Assembly (NCBI GenBank): GCA_965287045.1
Contig: OZ336873.1
Coordinates: 52,018,001-52,082,000 of the forward strand
Reading direction: 5' to 3'
DNA: 64,000 nucleotides
Source: Carcharhinus amblyrhynchos
Lineage: Eukaryota
Position numbers and translations under genes: made by a program. The notes below the pieces were generated by a model that saw only the letters and a program-made list of their open reading frames with translations, had not been told where the DNA came from and did no database searches. This document shows positions 37,571 to 50,815 of this stretch, piece by piece. Within the stretch, counting starts at the first letter, position 1. Each line of letters begins with the position of its first letter.

Positions 37571-40500
37571 GTGGTGTTATGTAGAGACTATTCCCTGAAG
37601 ACTGGTGTGATATGGTTAGCTACACTTCAGAGGTTATTCGCTCAGGACTGATTTATTTAGAGATGTGTACAGAAGGTATTGACTTGGAATGGAATTGATG
37701 GGGGACTAGGTTATCCTCCTGAGATTGCCAGCTGGTAATGCCTGCATGCTAATGGCATTGCAGTGTCCTAGGAATAGGTTACATATTTACCCTTTGTGGT
37801 CAGTGCATCTTATAGACCTAGCTGTTCAAAAGATTCGGGAAAAATTAAAAATACCATTGTTTATTAGAAGGAGTTGCAGTTCCGCACTATTTTTCTTTAT
37901 TCTGATGTTAGTATAATCAGGCATAATACAACTCAGTTCAAATACCACCTAGCCTCCTTCAAATATGCATGTACCGAGTTATATCTTCTGTGTTTGTAGC
38001 CCTTTGCATAAACTACGTGATAACACTTCTGATAAGTCTCTATATACAGTACTTATTGGCAGCACATCCCAGCTGAGGAAGGAGTGTGGAGAATTTAATT
38101 CTCACTTTGGGTTATTAATAACTCCTTATCTTTCCTTCTCTCATCTAAAGAGAGCTCAAGTGTTAGTGACTAGGATTGGTTTCTAAAACTTGGACCCTTG
38201 ACTGTGGTCATATGGGAATACATTCACATAGAAATTCTGCAGAAATTTCTCAAGTCATAGTCATTTTTATTCGGCTCCTGCTGTGCCGGTCTGATTTTCA
38301 TGTTTGGGCATTTAAATTAATTTGTTTAGTTCTGATTACTTTCTATTACTGTTCAATCTATTTTTTTGAAACTTGCTTCATCAAACCAGCTGATTGCAAG
38401 TGATTACTTCAGCTGCCATTTTTAGAATTGTTTTAAAATTAAAAAGATCCCTTTTTGAAAAAAAAATCCTTGTTAGACAAATTTACAAAATGCAAAGTGC
38501 CATTGTACTTTTAAATGATGCAGTACCAATTCAGCCAGTCACAGATTTAACATGAGTGACGTGTTATTGAGCGTGGAACTGCTGATATTATTTTGTGATT
38601 CTACCACTTCTGTAAACAGCCAGTTAAAAATCATTTTTTCATTTAAAGTATACCAATATAGTTAGCTATCATGGTATGACAAGATTTTCATCCAAATTGA
38701 AGAGCATTAGACAATACGTGAACTAACAACCATTAACTGAAGAGTGGTTATAGGTGCATCTCTGAGACTGGCCATATTATTAATCAGGATAATTAATGGA
38801 GAAGAAAATAAAATGCTTTGGGTTTCTCTATCTCACTGCCTGTTTGACTACTTGTTACTTCATGTATCTCAGAATCATATGTTGGTATAAGAGGCAAATG
38901 TGAGCTCACCTGATGAAACCTAACCAAAAGGTTCCAAGTATGAAGCAGAATCTCTACTGGCCTAGCCAGTGCTGTTGCCTGATGAATAGTCGGTTTTAGT
39001 GCCCTTAACAAAAGGTGGGGGAATAAAATAATCTTAAAGTTTGCGCTCCTTATTGCTGTCCAGTGACTGTCTCACCTGGCCTCAAACAGACTCCCAGAGA
39101 GAATGTCCCTTCCATTATGCCCCTGCCTTCACTTGGAAAGTGCACTTTGTACAAGCAGAGATTGGGCTCATCTGTAATGTCTTGATAGTCAAATAGCCTA
39201 CAAAATTTACTGTCTACAGTCAAACATGCAAAAAAAAACACCCTCTTGGGCAAGGTACTGGAGGGGCCCAAGTGGGGTGGAAGAAGGAATAGTTTTTATG
39301 CACAACTGCACACAAATGTAAGGCTTCAGAGGATTGGTAAAGCATTTAGGTGAATATTAACCGCTGAAGCGTAATCCCATGGGTAAACCCAGGCCTGGCA
39401 GATTAACTCATGGCATACCAGATGCTGTAACCAACTGTAAATGTCAGTAATAATGGATTGTCCCACTATACGTTGACAATTCCACTAAGTTCTTCACCTT
39501 AAAGAAAATCAAGCAAAAGAAGTTATATCTATCGCCTGAGGAGAAACATTTTATGTCTGAAACTAACAGGTTGATAGAACAAATAAATATTAAATGGGTT
39601 TCTAGAAGGGACTAACCAGGTCCCTGTTAACAAGTGAAATTTAGGTTGTTAGAAAAGTGGATGGGTGGGCTGGATGAGTTGGAAATCCTCTCTCATCTGC
39701 AACTGATGCAAGGTTCTGAAACAATTAATTGAAGCAACCACAACCAGAGACAGTGTTATTTTGAGTTGCCACGCCAGTCAGAAGTAAAAGAATTGTGTTT
39801 TGAGATGCCATGAGTTAGTAAATTGAAAATGAGCGGAGTCCCACAAGGGTAGCGAGGATGTCTTCAATTTCACCAGTGTTTGGTACCAATACCACTCATA
39901 TCAATTGGGATTACAGAAAGAGCATAAATAAAGTTCTTTAATCTCTGCAGCATGGGTTTAAATCCACTCCAAATAGTGAAGCTCGAAAGAGTGGAGTGGA
40001 ACACTCCCGCTTTGACTCTGGATTTGAAGTGGATTTGACTTCAACTTGATCTGGATTAACTGGTTTTGAATGAGATATTGAGGTAATTGGGAACATGTTC
40101 TCATCTCCCTATTGACTGTCATAGATTCTGAGGGCGTATTTGCCTTGTTTTATTACAGCTCCCAGCAAATGTCTGCTTAAGCTTAGATTTTGGCATCTTG
40201 GTCGGGTAAAATAGAGTAAGACTTAGAATGCAACTCATCCATCCATGGACATTAATTCTAAAGATTATTATTTGCTTGATTACATCAATATAGCTAGAAA
40301 AAATGTTCAAGACAGTATTGAGGAGAAAAGTCTGGGAACAGTGACACATTCAGATAGAGTCACCTAGGTCCGGCTGAGAGCAGAAGGCCCAGGCGACAGT
40401 CCCTCTGCCTCACTCAGTAGGTATCACACAAGCTTCCAGTGCAGTTAGGAAGTAAAGATATGAGCGCTTTTATTCAATTTTCTTGCATTGGTGGCATTTC

Positions 40501-41417
40501 TGTATCCTTTCTGAGCACAAATAATTCCTTAGCAATTGTTTATTAGCTTATCATATCAACTCATCTATGCTTAACCTTAGTAAACTCAGAATCTGCAGTT
40601 CACTTGGGTGCTACTGATGTGCAGAATGATAGTTGCATTAAAAGTTATGGTAACAGTGTAGGTGTATGAATTCACAACCCTCACGCAAATGCTGCATTCT
40701 TGTGAAAGGGTTGATGGTTTGGGCTAAACAATTTTGCAGGGCAGGGAATGAGGCTTTGAACAGTCCAAGGAATGGTAGAAGGGATACGATTTCAAAATTG
40801 GAACAGATATAGGCCATTCAACCTGATCCACCCATCAATTAGATCATGCCTCATCTGCCATGAAGCTCCTCTTAACTCAGATTGGATGTTCAGGGACTCT
40901 GCTCATTTCTGGGAGAAGGGGGCTAGAAAGTGCTTGGTATGCACTACAAGCAGCCAGTAACACTTGAGGCAAAAGCCAGCTCCCTTGGTGGAGATTTCCA
41001 CTTTTTGTTTAACTGAAGTCCACACCAGCCTATTAAATACAATGTCAGGTCAGTATGTTTGACAATCTACAGATTCTTGCACGGTTTTAATTTGCGATGG
41101 AACAAATTTTAACATAAGCCAATTCCAGCTCAAAGGGCCCATTAACGAGTCATGGGCTTGACACCAGTTGATTCAAGTCAATTGAAAGTCATTGAACACT
41201 ATGGAATTGGAAATTAGACCAGAGTACAGAATTTCCCTTTCTGATTTCCCCCTCTCATTCAATCGCTCCCAAAATCTGGGACTCCGATTTGCAAACAAAC
41301 ACAAATGCCTGCTTAGTTTGTGCTCCCTGAGTCACTCGGGTTAATCTCAGTGACTTTCTTCAACAAGGATCTTGGATCAAAAACCAACAGGCAAAATAAG
41401 GAAGTGCCTGAATGCTG

Positions 41418-41438
41418 TGCTCTGTCCAGGGTACTGAA
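41418..41438 (-). promoter_or_regulatory. Candidate RE1/NRSE (REST-binding) element
   Basis: Reverse complement TTCAGTACCCTGGACAGAGCA versus consensus TTCAGCACCnnGGACAGnGCC. Canonical 2-bp spacer; mismatches at positions 6 and 21. Confidence 0.5.
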
Positions 41439-41983
41439 AAGTCACTTTACTCCAGCAGTTAATAATCAGTCACATAAGGTTTTGTTATCACTGTGATGCA
41501 GACTTGAAATACATCTCACAGTTAAGAATGGGCCAATTTAGGTCATCTCCTCTAGCAAAAGACTTTTTAAAAAATTGCATATTTAAGTTTAGATATTCAG
41601 TATGGATTCCTAAGAAGAAGCTAATTTGGAGGAATCATAGCTGAGAAGCCGTTTGTGTGCCTGCAGTCTTGAAACATACAGTCTCATTAATCGTAGTAAA
41701 GAGTCTTTTCACCTTATATACTGACCCCATATTTATAATAGGAATTTAAGGATATTACAACAAATCAAATGCATGGCAATCAGCAAAGTCTGCATTTCTT
41801 GTAATGTGGTAGGAATTGAATTTATATAGCAGCTTTCACAACTTCAGAACATGCCAACACCAGTGAAGAACCTATTGAATTGTAGTAGCAGTTGTCATAT
41901 AGAAAATATGATGGTCAATCTGCACATGGCCACCTGAAAGGATAGGCACTGCCTTATCCACAAGATGGCACCTCTGATAATGA

Positions 41984-42450
41984 ATGAGGGGGTTGAGCTA
42001 TGAGGAGAGGCTGAATAAACTAGGCTTGTACTCGTTAGAGTTTAGAAGAATGAGGGGAGATCTCATTGAGACGTATAAGATGATGAATGGGATGGATAGG
42101 ATAGAGGTGGAGAGACTCTTCCCGCTCAGAAAGGACAGTAGGACTAGGGGGCACAGCCTCAAGATAAAGGGGGGGGGGGTTTAGAACGGAGTCGAGGAAG
42201 AACTTCTTCACTCAAAGGGTGGTGAATCTCTGGAATTCTCTGCCCGTTGAGGTGATGGAGGCTGCCTCGCTAAATATTTTTAAGATGCGGGTTGATGGGT
42301 TTTTGATAAGAGAGGGGATTAAGGGTTGTGGGGAGAGGGCGGGAATGTGGAACTGAGCCACGACAGATCAGCCATGATCTTATTGAATGGCGGGGCAGGC
42401 TCGAAGGGCTAGATGGCCTACTCCTGCTCCTATTTCTTATGTTCTTATGT
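41984..42450 (+). mobile_element. Young CR1 LINE 3' ~465 bp, inserted into a minus-strand Deu-SINE (~41810-42540)
   Basis: ORF 41984-42184 is near-identical to the copies at 4437 and 22847 but in the opposite orientation; tail cttatgttcttatgt. Confidence 0.93.
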
Positions 42451-45400
42451 AAATGCTCATCTGGACATTGTGTTCAAGTATCTGGAGAGAGACCTGAACC
42501 TTTAGCCTGAAAGGTGAGTGTGCTACCATCAGCTGTGCTAACTATAGTGATGGTTTATTAGCAGGAAATGGATATTGAGTGGTACAGAGACTTCTGTTGT
42601 TTGAGCTGGGATTTCCAATGCCGTTCAGTTTACTGATAAACAATGCAAGTGGCAAACAATGGTTAATACAAGGTACCCATTTACTTTTGGTGAATCTCTC
42701 CATTCTTCTCTCACCCACCTTGTATTAATGAACACTTGACAAACCAAAAAATTGACACACAATCTGATGGCAAGTGGTGTAATTAGCCTCTAGGCAGGCT
42801 ACTAGAGCAGCTTCCAATGATTTGCTTGATAACTTTCCCATCCTCCCTATTGGGAAGCTGCTGTTCCTCATTCACTACTTCCCTGAGATGGCATTGTCTA
42901 GATCAGTAACTCTCTGCAAGGAGCTGGGTTAATTTAGGATCTCATTAGTGACAGAAAATTAGTGGCATAAATCAGGCAAACTGTGTCACACATGAACAAG
43001 CATTTTCATATTGTGACCTCTCTGATCCCAAGTGAATGTAAGAGCAAGTGTATCTTCTGAGACCGTAACCATGTGCTATGTACCAGGAATATCCAGGCAC
43101 CATTTCACTCATCTGATGCATGCAAACATGTACACACCCATTCTTGCATCATTATGGTCCTTTTGCTACTGCTGATTTAGCCTTAAAGCCTGGACTGGAA
43201 TGTTTTCCCTAACCACCTTACTACCATTAGTTTACATTATTGCTTTAGACCTCCAGATTGTCTGGACTGTAGACGTTGCTGGTTCAAAAACTGCCGCAGA
43301 TGAATGAATAAAATCTCAGCATTAATAGACCAGCTCTTTTTAGATTGACCAATCCTGATCTTAGGAATTGAAAGTATACTTTTTGATTATAAGAAACCAA
43401 GTGGAGTGCTATGGGTTTAAAAAAAAGACAAGCATGCTCAATCAATAATTGAAATGGTTAATGGAACCGCTGGATACACTGAGGCACATTGTTCAGAAGC
43501 ATGTGCAGGGATGAGCTCATCTATTGTTTTCTTCAGGGGCACAGAGCAAGCACTGAGCTCTCCTGTAAACTCCAATGGAGTGGTCATCCTTCAGATCTAA
43601 TTATAGATGAGCAAAAAACTGAAGAATCACATTTGAAAACATCCCAACCCTCTGGTAAACCGCATCCCTGTTTTTTTTTTGCGTGCAATGTGATATAATC
43701 GCCAGAGTTTAGTTTGCGTTAACCCTGAGGATGACACTTGTTCATTGGCTTTGCTCCTGGGCACTGTTTCCAGCCAGTGCACAGCCCCAGTGAGTCAATT
43801 GGAAATTGCAGTACTTCTCACCGCACATGTATTGTGATTTTGGAGGATTAGAACAGTGCTGTCAGATTTTACTTGGGATATTATTGGGGAGGGCATATTC
43901 CTCATACCTTCCCTTGTGAATATTCTAATCTTGTAGTAATTTACTGAGAACTTTGTATCAATTATAATTTTGTCAAGCTGCTAATTATGGATGAATTCAT
44001 TGTACCTTTTGCCAGTTATTGTAACTGTGCCAGAAGTCAGATTATATTTAAGTGACTGCTGCAGTAGTGTGAATTGGCAGACTAGATTAAAGTATTGCCA
44101 AATATTGTGCCTAGCCCACAGCAAAGCTTGGGATGCCAGGAAGATGGTTCATTATTTTTATACAAAATTGTAATGAGTTCAATCATTAGATTAGTTTGAT
44201 TCAAAAAAGCAGTGTGAAATAGTCACATTTACAGATCCTATTGAACTACCAGGAGCAATGGAATCCGAAGAGAGAGTTCAGTGTACAAAATGAGTTGAAC
44301 AAGGTATACCAGTGGGCAGAGCAATGGTGAATGAAGTTCAGTTCAGATGGTGTAAAGTACTATGCAGAGTAAAGAGAAATAAGCAACATTTGTACTTGAT
44401 GAATCATGTTGAACCAGCTAAAGAGGAAACTGAAAGAGACCTAGATGTAATATTTCAGTTTGAGGTAAACCAGTAAAGTGGATTGTCCAGCACTTATAGA
44501 ACACACCTGACCTTTCATTTCCATTGGAGAAATGTGGGATTTTCACCTGACAGGGACGGTTTTTTTTAAGTCAACAAGAAGGAATGGGAAAAGTTAATCC
44601 AGAAAATTAGTTTAAATTCTCGTAGAATAGTGACACGATGAGGGTCATTTTAGGAGTCATAACAGGAAATAGTTAAGCACCCTGAATAAACTTCCAGATG
44701 GAGCAATGGGGGTAAAAATCCTGGAATTGTTTGAAAAGTTGGATGTTGAAATGGTGGGAGAGCAGGGCAAGAATCACGAGGATGTTTCCAGATGGTTAAT
44801 CTTAAGGCAGCTTCACTCTTGTCACCCCTAGTTAACCAAAGAAGGGAACAGATTGGCTGAAGTGACTTTGTTTCTGTACAAAAAGAAACAGGGGCTGCTC
44901 TGGCAATCTCCATTGGGTGGGTGTTGCCCTCATGTATGTTGATGAGGATTCCCTTATTCATTGAGGCGGGGGGAGGGGAGTGGATTTTATCTATCACGCA
45001 TCGGGGTGATCTCTGCCAGCAGTATTAGGCCATACCCGTGACAGGGCCATGCTATGCGATTTCTACTGTGCAGAGTGCTGCTGAATGTGTCGAGAAAAGT
45101 CGACAGTGCAGCCAGCGAGCTGCATGAGGGTTTACTCACCTCAGTCTGCACTCTGCAAATACTGGAAAATTCCACCATTACCTTGAAGATTTTAATGTGC
45201 CTCTAAGGTTTAAGTCACAGTGACAAAGGAGTTGCTTTGAACTTCTTAATTCAGACATTGTGGACCTGATCATGCCAGCTCTGAAATGGCTGCCTTCACT
45301 TCATCATTTTGACCTCTAGCAGGCGTAGCTGCACCTTATGAAAATTTCAGTCACACTTGTCTAACACCTGTCAAATCATATCAACTTGGAGCAACTAACG

Positions 45401-46224
45401 TGCCCTTGAATTTTGCTTCCTTTTCTCTGTTCTGTGGCATTGAGTAGCATCACACAGGAACACTGAACCCTTCCTTCAACACTGTGCTGAGAGCTTTATT
45501 TCCACCACAACCAAATCTCAGGCCTTTTCTGCCAATTTGGAGCCAACTGATGTACAATAATGAAGAGCTTGAAGCTGTTGGCTTATGCCAGATGAAATTG
45601 AGTTGTAACAATGCAAGGTGAAAATCTGGAAACAGAGCCATTGGGAGGCAGTGTATTTATTACAATCCTTCCTAAGACTTCTAAAAGAAAAAATCTGAAA
45701 GGGTAACTGTAGATTTTCCAATGGAACAATGCTTTTGATCTGTTTTTGCATTTAATAAGATATATCTGAAGCATTGTGAGATGCAGTACAGTAGTTTTGG
45801 CAATGTGATCAACTGGCTAATTACTCAGAATTGTCTGCTATTTTGGGATAATCAGCTTTAAATTTTATGCTAAAAAACAAGCAGTTACGAATGTAAATCA
45901 TTTAGATTCTAGTAATTAATGGATCTGTAATCCATAAAGGTCACTGATCCCTTTAGAACTACAGGAGGGCCATTTGCATTTTCTGTGCATCTGTTGAGTA
46001 AATCCTGGGTCTGCATTTGAAATATAAGAGTTCAGGGAAGTTGAATCCCACGAATCTACAAATGTGGGCCATATTTTTGACCATCAAGTGTTTTATAAGT
46101 TGGGCATCTACTCATTGAAGCATTTTTTTAAAAACAAAGGGTATTTACTTGTCAAGTGAGCATTGTTTGGAAAGCCATCTGTTTGTCCCCGTGTTCGAAA
46201 ACTGACATTGCCTCATTTCACAGC

Positions 46225-46862
46225 AGTGACTCAGCTGGTAGCAGTCTTGTATCTGAGTCAGAAGGTTGTGGGTTCAGGCTCCACTCCAGAGACTTTAAGC
46301 ACAAATTCTGGACTAACAGCGCCATACTGAGGGAATGCTGCACTGTCAGGTGTTCTCGTCAAGCAGATGTTAAAGCAAGGCCCTATCTGCCGCCTTGGGT
46401 GAACATAGACAAACCCAAAATACAGTGATGAAGTAAAGCAAGAGGGCTATTCCTGATCTCTTTGCTAATATTTATCCATCAGTTAAAAATAAATTATCTG
46501 GTCATTATTCTATTGCTCTTTGCGTAAACTTCCTGTGTATAAATTGGCTGCCACCTTTGAAAAATTACAACATTGTGCGAGGTTTTTTTGGTCTCCCCTT
46601 AGCCTTTTCCTTGGTGACGGAGGCAACGCACCATTCGCCAATCCTCTTGCCTCACCATTGCCAATGGCAGTTCACATTGAAGCCAAACCCATACTGCGGA
46701 AAACCTGCAGCAGGGCGTGCGCTGCCAGAGGGACCAGAGAATCCTGCCAGCATGAACAGCTGGAAAATTCCAATCAATGACTATACTTCAAAAGTACTTC
46801 ATTGGCTATAATTTGCATTGGGTCTTTCTAAGGTGAAAGATCATATTATTTTATTGCAGGTT
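46225..46862 (+). mobile_element. Near full-length Deu-domain tRNA SINE with TIR element inserted at ~46575-46772
   Basis: tRNA-like head agctggtagcagtcttg..tctgagtcagaaggttgtgggttcaggctcc, Deu domain, and tail cttcaaaagtacttcattggct. Confidence 0.7.
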
Positions 46863-46905
46863 TTTAAAATGGAAACATAAATGGCTCCAAGGTCAGAGCC
46901 ATTTA

Positions 46906-47112
46906 GCCCTGGATTTTCCATCCCCCTGTGGCAGGTTTTTTTGACAGCGGAAGCAGTTCATCCTTGGCCACTGGTGGGGTTTTCAGGTCCTGCGGAAGTG
47001 AATGGCCATTTGCATTGCTCACAGGCTGCACAGCCGGGGGTGCCCACCACAGGAGGTTGCTTCAGTGGGACTGGAATATGGCGCCAGCGAGAAGTGTAGA
47101 AAAATCTTGCTC
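46906..47112. mobile_element. ~200-bp TIR element
   Basis: gccctggattttcc ... gaaaaatcttgctc; homologous to 5962-6164. Confidence 0.6.
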
Positions 47113-47909
47113 TTGGTTACAAACCAGGCTGGTGGATTTTTATGGTGGGTTCCAAATGGAACCTATGTGGCTTGTGACCTAGGACTTTTAAAAATAAAGA
47201 TTGTCTGGTTACACCACCCAAGCTGACTACACTTTTTTTAAAAAAAACTCATGTCACTATGGTTATTTTGCCCAATGTATAGTATCTGGACTGGCCAAAA
47301 CATCTGGTTGCAATCACTGCATCCAATTCCTTCACCATGTTGGCAAGATCCTGTGATGATGAGTGGGATACTGTCCAAGGCTATTTCCTAGTTGTTGGAA
47401 ATCATTTTTTTAGATGATACCTCCAGATCCGTTTCTAGTGGGCCTTAAGTTGTCACCAACAGCTTCCATTTTCTGGCTTCTGTATGATCAATTTGATGTT
47501 TAGGCTTTAAACTTAAATTGTGCTTGGATCCAGGGCGGCATGAGCACTTACTGTTGTATGGGGAAGAGTGTCATCAAAATATACACTGCTTCAAAGCAGT
47601 TTAAGTTGGTGATATGGTGGTTTTTTTCAAATCTTGCCCCAGGGCTGTGTTGCAATATATTAATTGAATCTGAGCCTTTGAAATACAAACTAATAGTGCA
47701 AGGAATACTTAGAGAAAAATTAAAATTTCATGTACTTAAACACCTTGAAATAAACTAACATCCAGAACAGAAAGGTATTGTTCCTACAAAGGACCGGGAA
47801 ATGGAAGCAGGGAAGGCAATCCTTATGGCACCTATTCCAAAAATAATCCAATTTTCAACCAGTTCAAAACTCTGTCACTAGCGTTAAAATCAGGCATGCT
47901 GAAGACTAA

Positions 47910-48390
47910 TAGGAAAAGATAAGAGGCATTGGTGAAGGTATTAAAAAAATTCCAAGGAGAATACTAGAACTGAGCAGCTAAAACCGTAGGGAAAAAACTG
48001 AATAGGCTGAGGCTCTTCTCTCTAGAAAAGAGAAGGCTGAGGGGTGACACAATAGAGGTCCTTAAAATTAGGAAAGGGTTTGATAGGACAGATGTAGAGA
48101 AGATTTTCTACTTGTGTGGAGGGAGGGAGTCATAAATTAAAACAGTTGCTCATAAATCCAGTCAGGAAGTAGAGAACCATTTCCTGGAGAGTGGTTTATA
48201 AGGCAAACTTTCTAACAGATGAGGTTAATAGCACTGATGGCTTGAAGTGGAAAGCTACATCAGCAAGGGGAAGGTGTAGAAGGATATGTTGATGGGGTTA
48301 AATTAAATAGAGTGGGAGGAAGCTAGTGCAGAGCATAAACTTTGACGCGTCAGTTAGTCTAAATGGTGTCCTTTTTTGTGTTATAAATTC
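47910..48390 (+). mobile_element. Old CR1 3' fragment
   Basis: ctgaataggctgaggctcttctctctagaaaagagaaggctgaggggtgac (LNRLRLFSLEKRRLRGD). Confidence 0.8.
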
Positions 48391-50491
48391 AATGAAAGTC
48401 AACTGTTAACTCCTGCTTGGCACTTGTGGTATACAACTGTTAGATTCTTCGATTTTTTTTTAAATTGACCATTAACAAACAGAAAATAGCATTGGTTAAA
48501 TAAAGTTGTAACTTCAATGTCAAATTGCTTCATACATTGGCTGTGACACTGACTTAAACCACTGATCGTTTGGCAAGGGTGAACAGAAGAGATTTTGCCA
48601 GCGCGACCACTGTCAATTTCAAATGGAAAGCTGTTTTTGGGTACTGTTGTAATAAAGCAATGGGGGAAAACCTGATTCCAGTAAAAGTTGGGAGTACCCT
48701 TGATAATATATATATTAAAAAGGTTACTCACAGAAATCTGATAGTTGGGAGGCGCAGTCAGATTTTAGAAGTCTGCACGTTGCAGTTTCCATCTTTTAAT
48801 AACCCAAACTAACTGCACAACTTCTGTTTCAGGATTTTAGGTAAGGAAACCCTGGCGATGTGGTATCTTTCAAAAAATAAATTAAAGTGGAAAATGGTAC
48901 AAATAGCTGGTCCCGGTTAATTTTCCAAACTGTTTAGGAGCCAGACATACTTTGGACACTTGCTGTGTGCAAATTAGCTCCTGGGTTTCCGGGCATGGCT
49001 CTTTTTCATTAACTATGTAATATTTTGCAAAGTCCAGAGGTCATGGAAGGCCTGTGTTGTTCTTTCCTTCACTGCTACTGGAGTGCCCTTGGAACTGCCT
49101 AACCATAAACTCCACAGTTCTCATCCAGTTCAGTTTCTGAGCTCAGAGGGATTTGGTCGTGTCCATTGATATGGCATTAGCTTCTGAGAGTTACTGCCCT
49201 CTTCCCATGCACTCTCTCTCAATTCCTGTGAAATACCTCTTGCCCCTGTTATGAGCACCTTTCCTTGGTGTAGTCTTTTTTGGCTCCCTTTGTAAGCTTT
49301 TAATTGCCTTTTGGATATTTGCATTATTCTCAGAGGTATAAGGTTTGCCACTTCAAACCGGGGACATAGATCAACTGCAAAATAATTCTTAGTCTTCCTT
49401 TGCTGGATGGCTCTTTTCTCAGGAATCATTTTGGACCTGTCCATGTTTTGGGTGGGATTTTCCGGCCTCGCTCGCCCGAAACCAGAAAATCTAGCCCAAG
49501 GTCACTGGACTTTTCTATATTCCATCCCTTGCCTACTCTGATTCCCGTGGTGGGCGGGACAATGTAACTCACTCACCTGTAAAATAAAAGCAAAATACTG
49601 CAGATGCTAGAAGTCTGAAACAAAAAAACAGAAAGTGTTGGAAACACTCAGCAGCATCTATAGGGAGAGAAATTGTGTTGAAGTTTTAAGGCAAATATAA
49701 CTGCTGTTCCTGCTTTGAGGGTTTTCTGCTTCTGTTCCATATTCCATCTCATCGTATCTGGCTGTTCCACAAAAATCTCACTGCCTTGATTAGGGTATTT
49801 GATGGTTTTAATGTTGTATATTAGTTCTCGGCTTCAAATTTCACAATCAAATGAACTTTGTTCATCATTGTTTAACATGTTCCTCATTTCAGTGGATTAA
49901 TTCCACTTTGTATTTTCACTGTTATAATTTTGTGAAGTGAAAAAATTACAGAAAGAAGTGCTTTCCTTGGTTAAGTGACAATACAAAAGAGTTTGTGTGG
50001 TGTGCGATGCTGAACAGTCACTCATGGGCAACGCAAAGCTGAAGCCACATAGGAGGCAGTTGGAAAATGAAGTTGCTAATATTTGATTTTTTTTTTGTCG
50101 CAAACAGTGCACTGAATTGCTGAGTACACGGACATTTAATATTGGCTTCAGTGATTAGCCATGTGAATTTCTGCAACAACTCATTTTTATAATCTTTCAA
50201 ATTGATATGGGCACTAGGATTTGGCTGGCAGGATTACCAGATTGGATTTTAAAATTTGAGTATCCTTTTTTCTTGTTAATCCTTAGGACCTGGGTGAATG
50301 GCAAGAAGTATTTATTTGTCCATCATTCCTTGGCCTGTCGCAGGAACAAATAAACTTTTTTTAAAAAAACAGTTGAATGAATGAAGCTTTTAAGGTTTTG
50401 AAATGTTATGCCTCAAAATTCAATCTCATCTCCAGCCTAAGATGATATTGTTCGGCCTTTTCCCTGCAAGTTATCGTTTTGACAGATCTTT

Positions 50492-50815
50492 CATGGAATC
50501 AGAATAGAATCCCTACAGTGCAGAAAGAAGACATTTGGCCCATCAAGTCTGCACCAACAACAATCCCAGCCCCTATCCCCATAACCCTACATATTTACCT
50601 ACTAGTCCCCCACACTAAGGAGCAATTTAACATGGCCAATCCACCTAACTTGCACATCTTTGGACTCTGGAAGGAAACCGGAGCACCTGGAAGAAACCCA
50701 CGCAGACACCGGGAGAACGTGCAAACTCCACACAGACAATACCCAAGGCCAAATTGAACCTGGGTCCCTGGCACTGTGAAGCAGCAGTGCTAACCACTGT
50801 GCCACCGTACTGCCC
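50492..50815 (-). mobile_element. Full-length HE1/V-SINE-like tRNA-derived SINE
   Basis: Reverse complement has A-box TGGCACAGTGG, B-box GGTTCAATT, V-domain tgtgtggagtttgcacgttctccc..gtgtctgcgtgggttt, and a LINE-derived tail. Confidence 0.88.

Noticed and set aside
44128-44150. DARKMV resembling the start of GNAO1 exon 4 (ADAKMVC)
   Set aside because: No acceptor site and no continuing homology; exon 4 appears to lie beyond the window.
50740-50815. tRNA gene
   Set aside because: The A/B boxes belong to a SINE head followed by a V-domain and LINE tail; no full cloverleaf.
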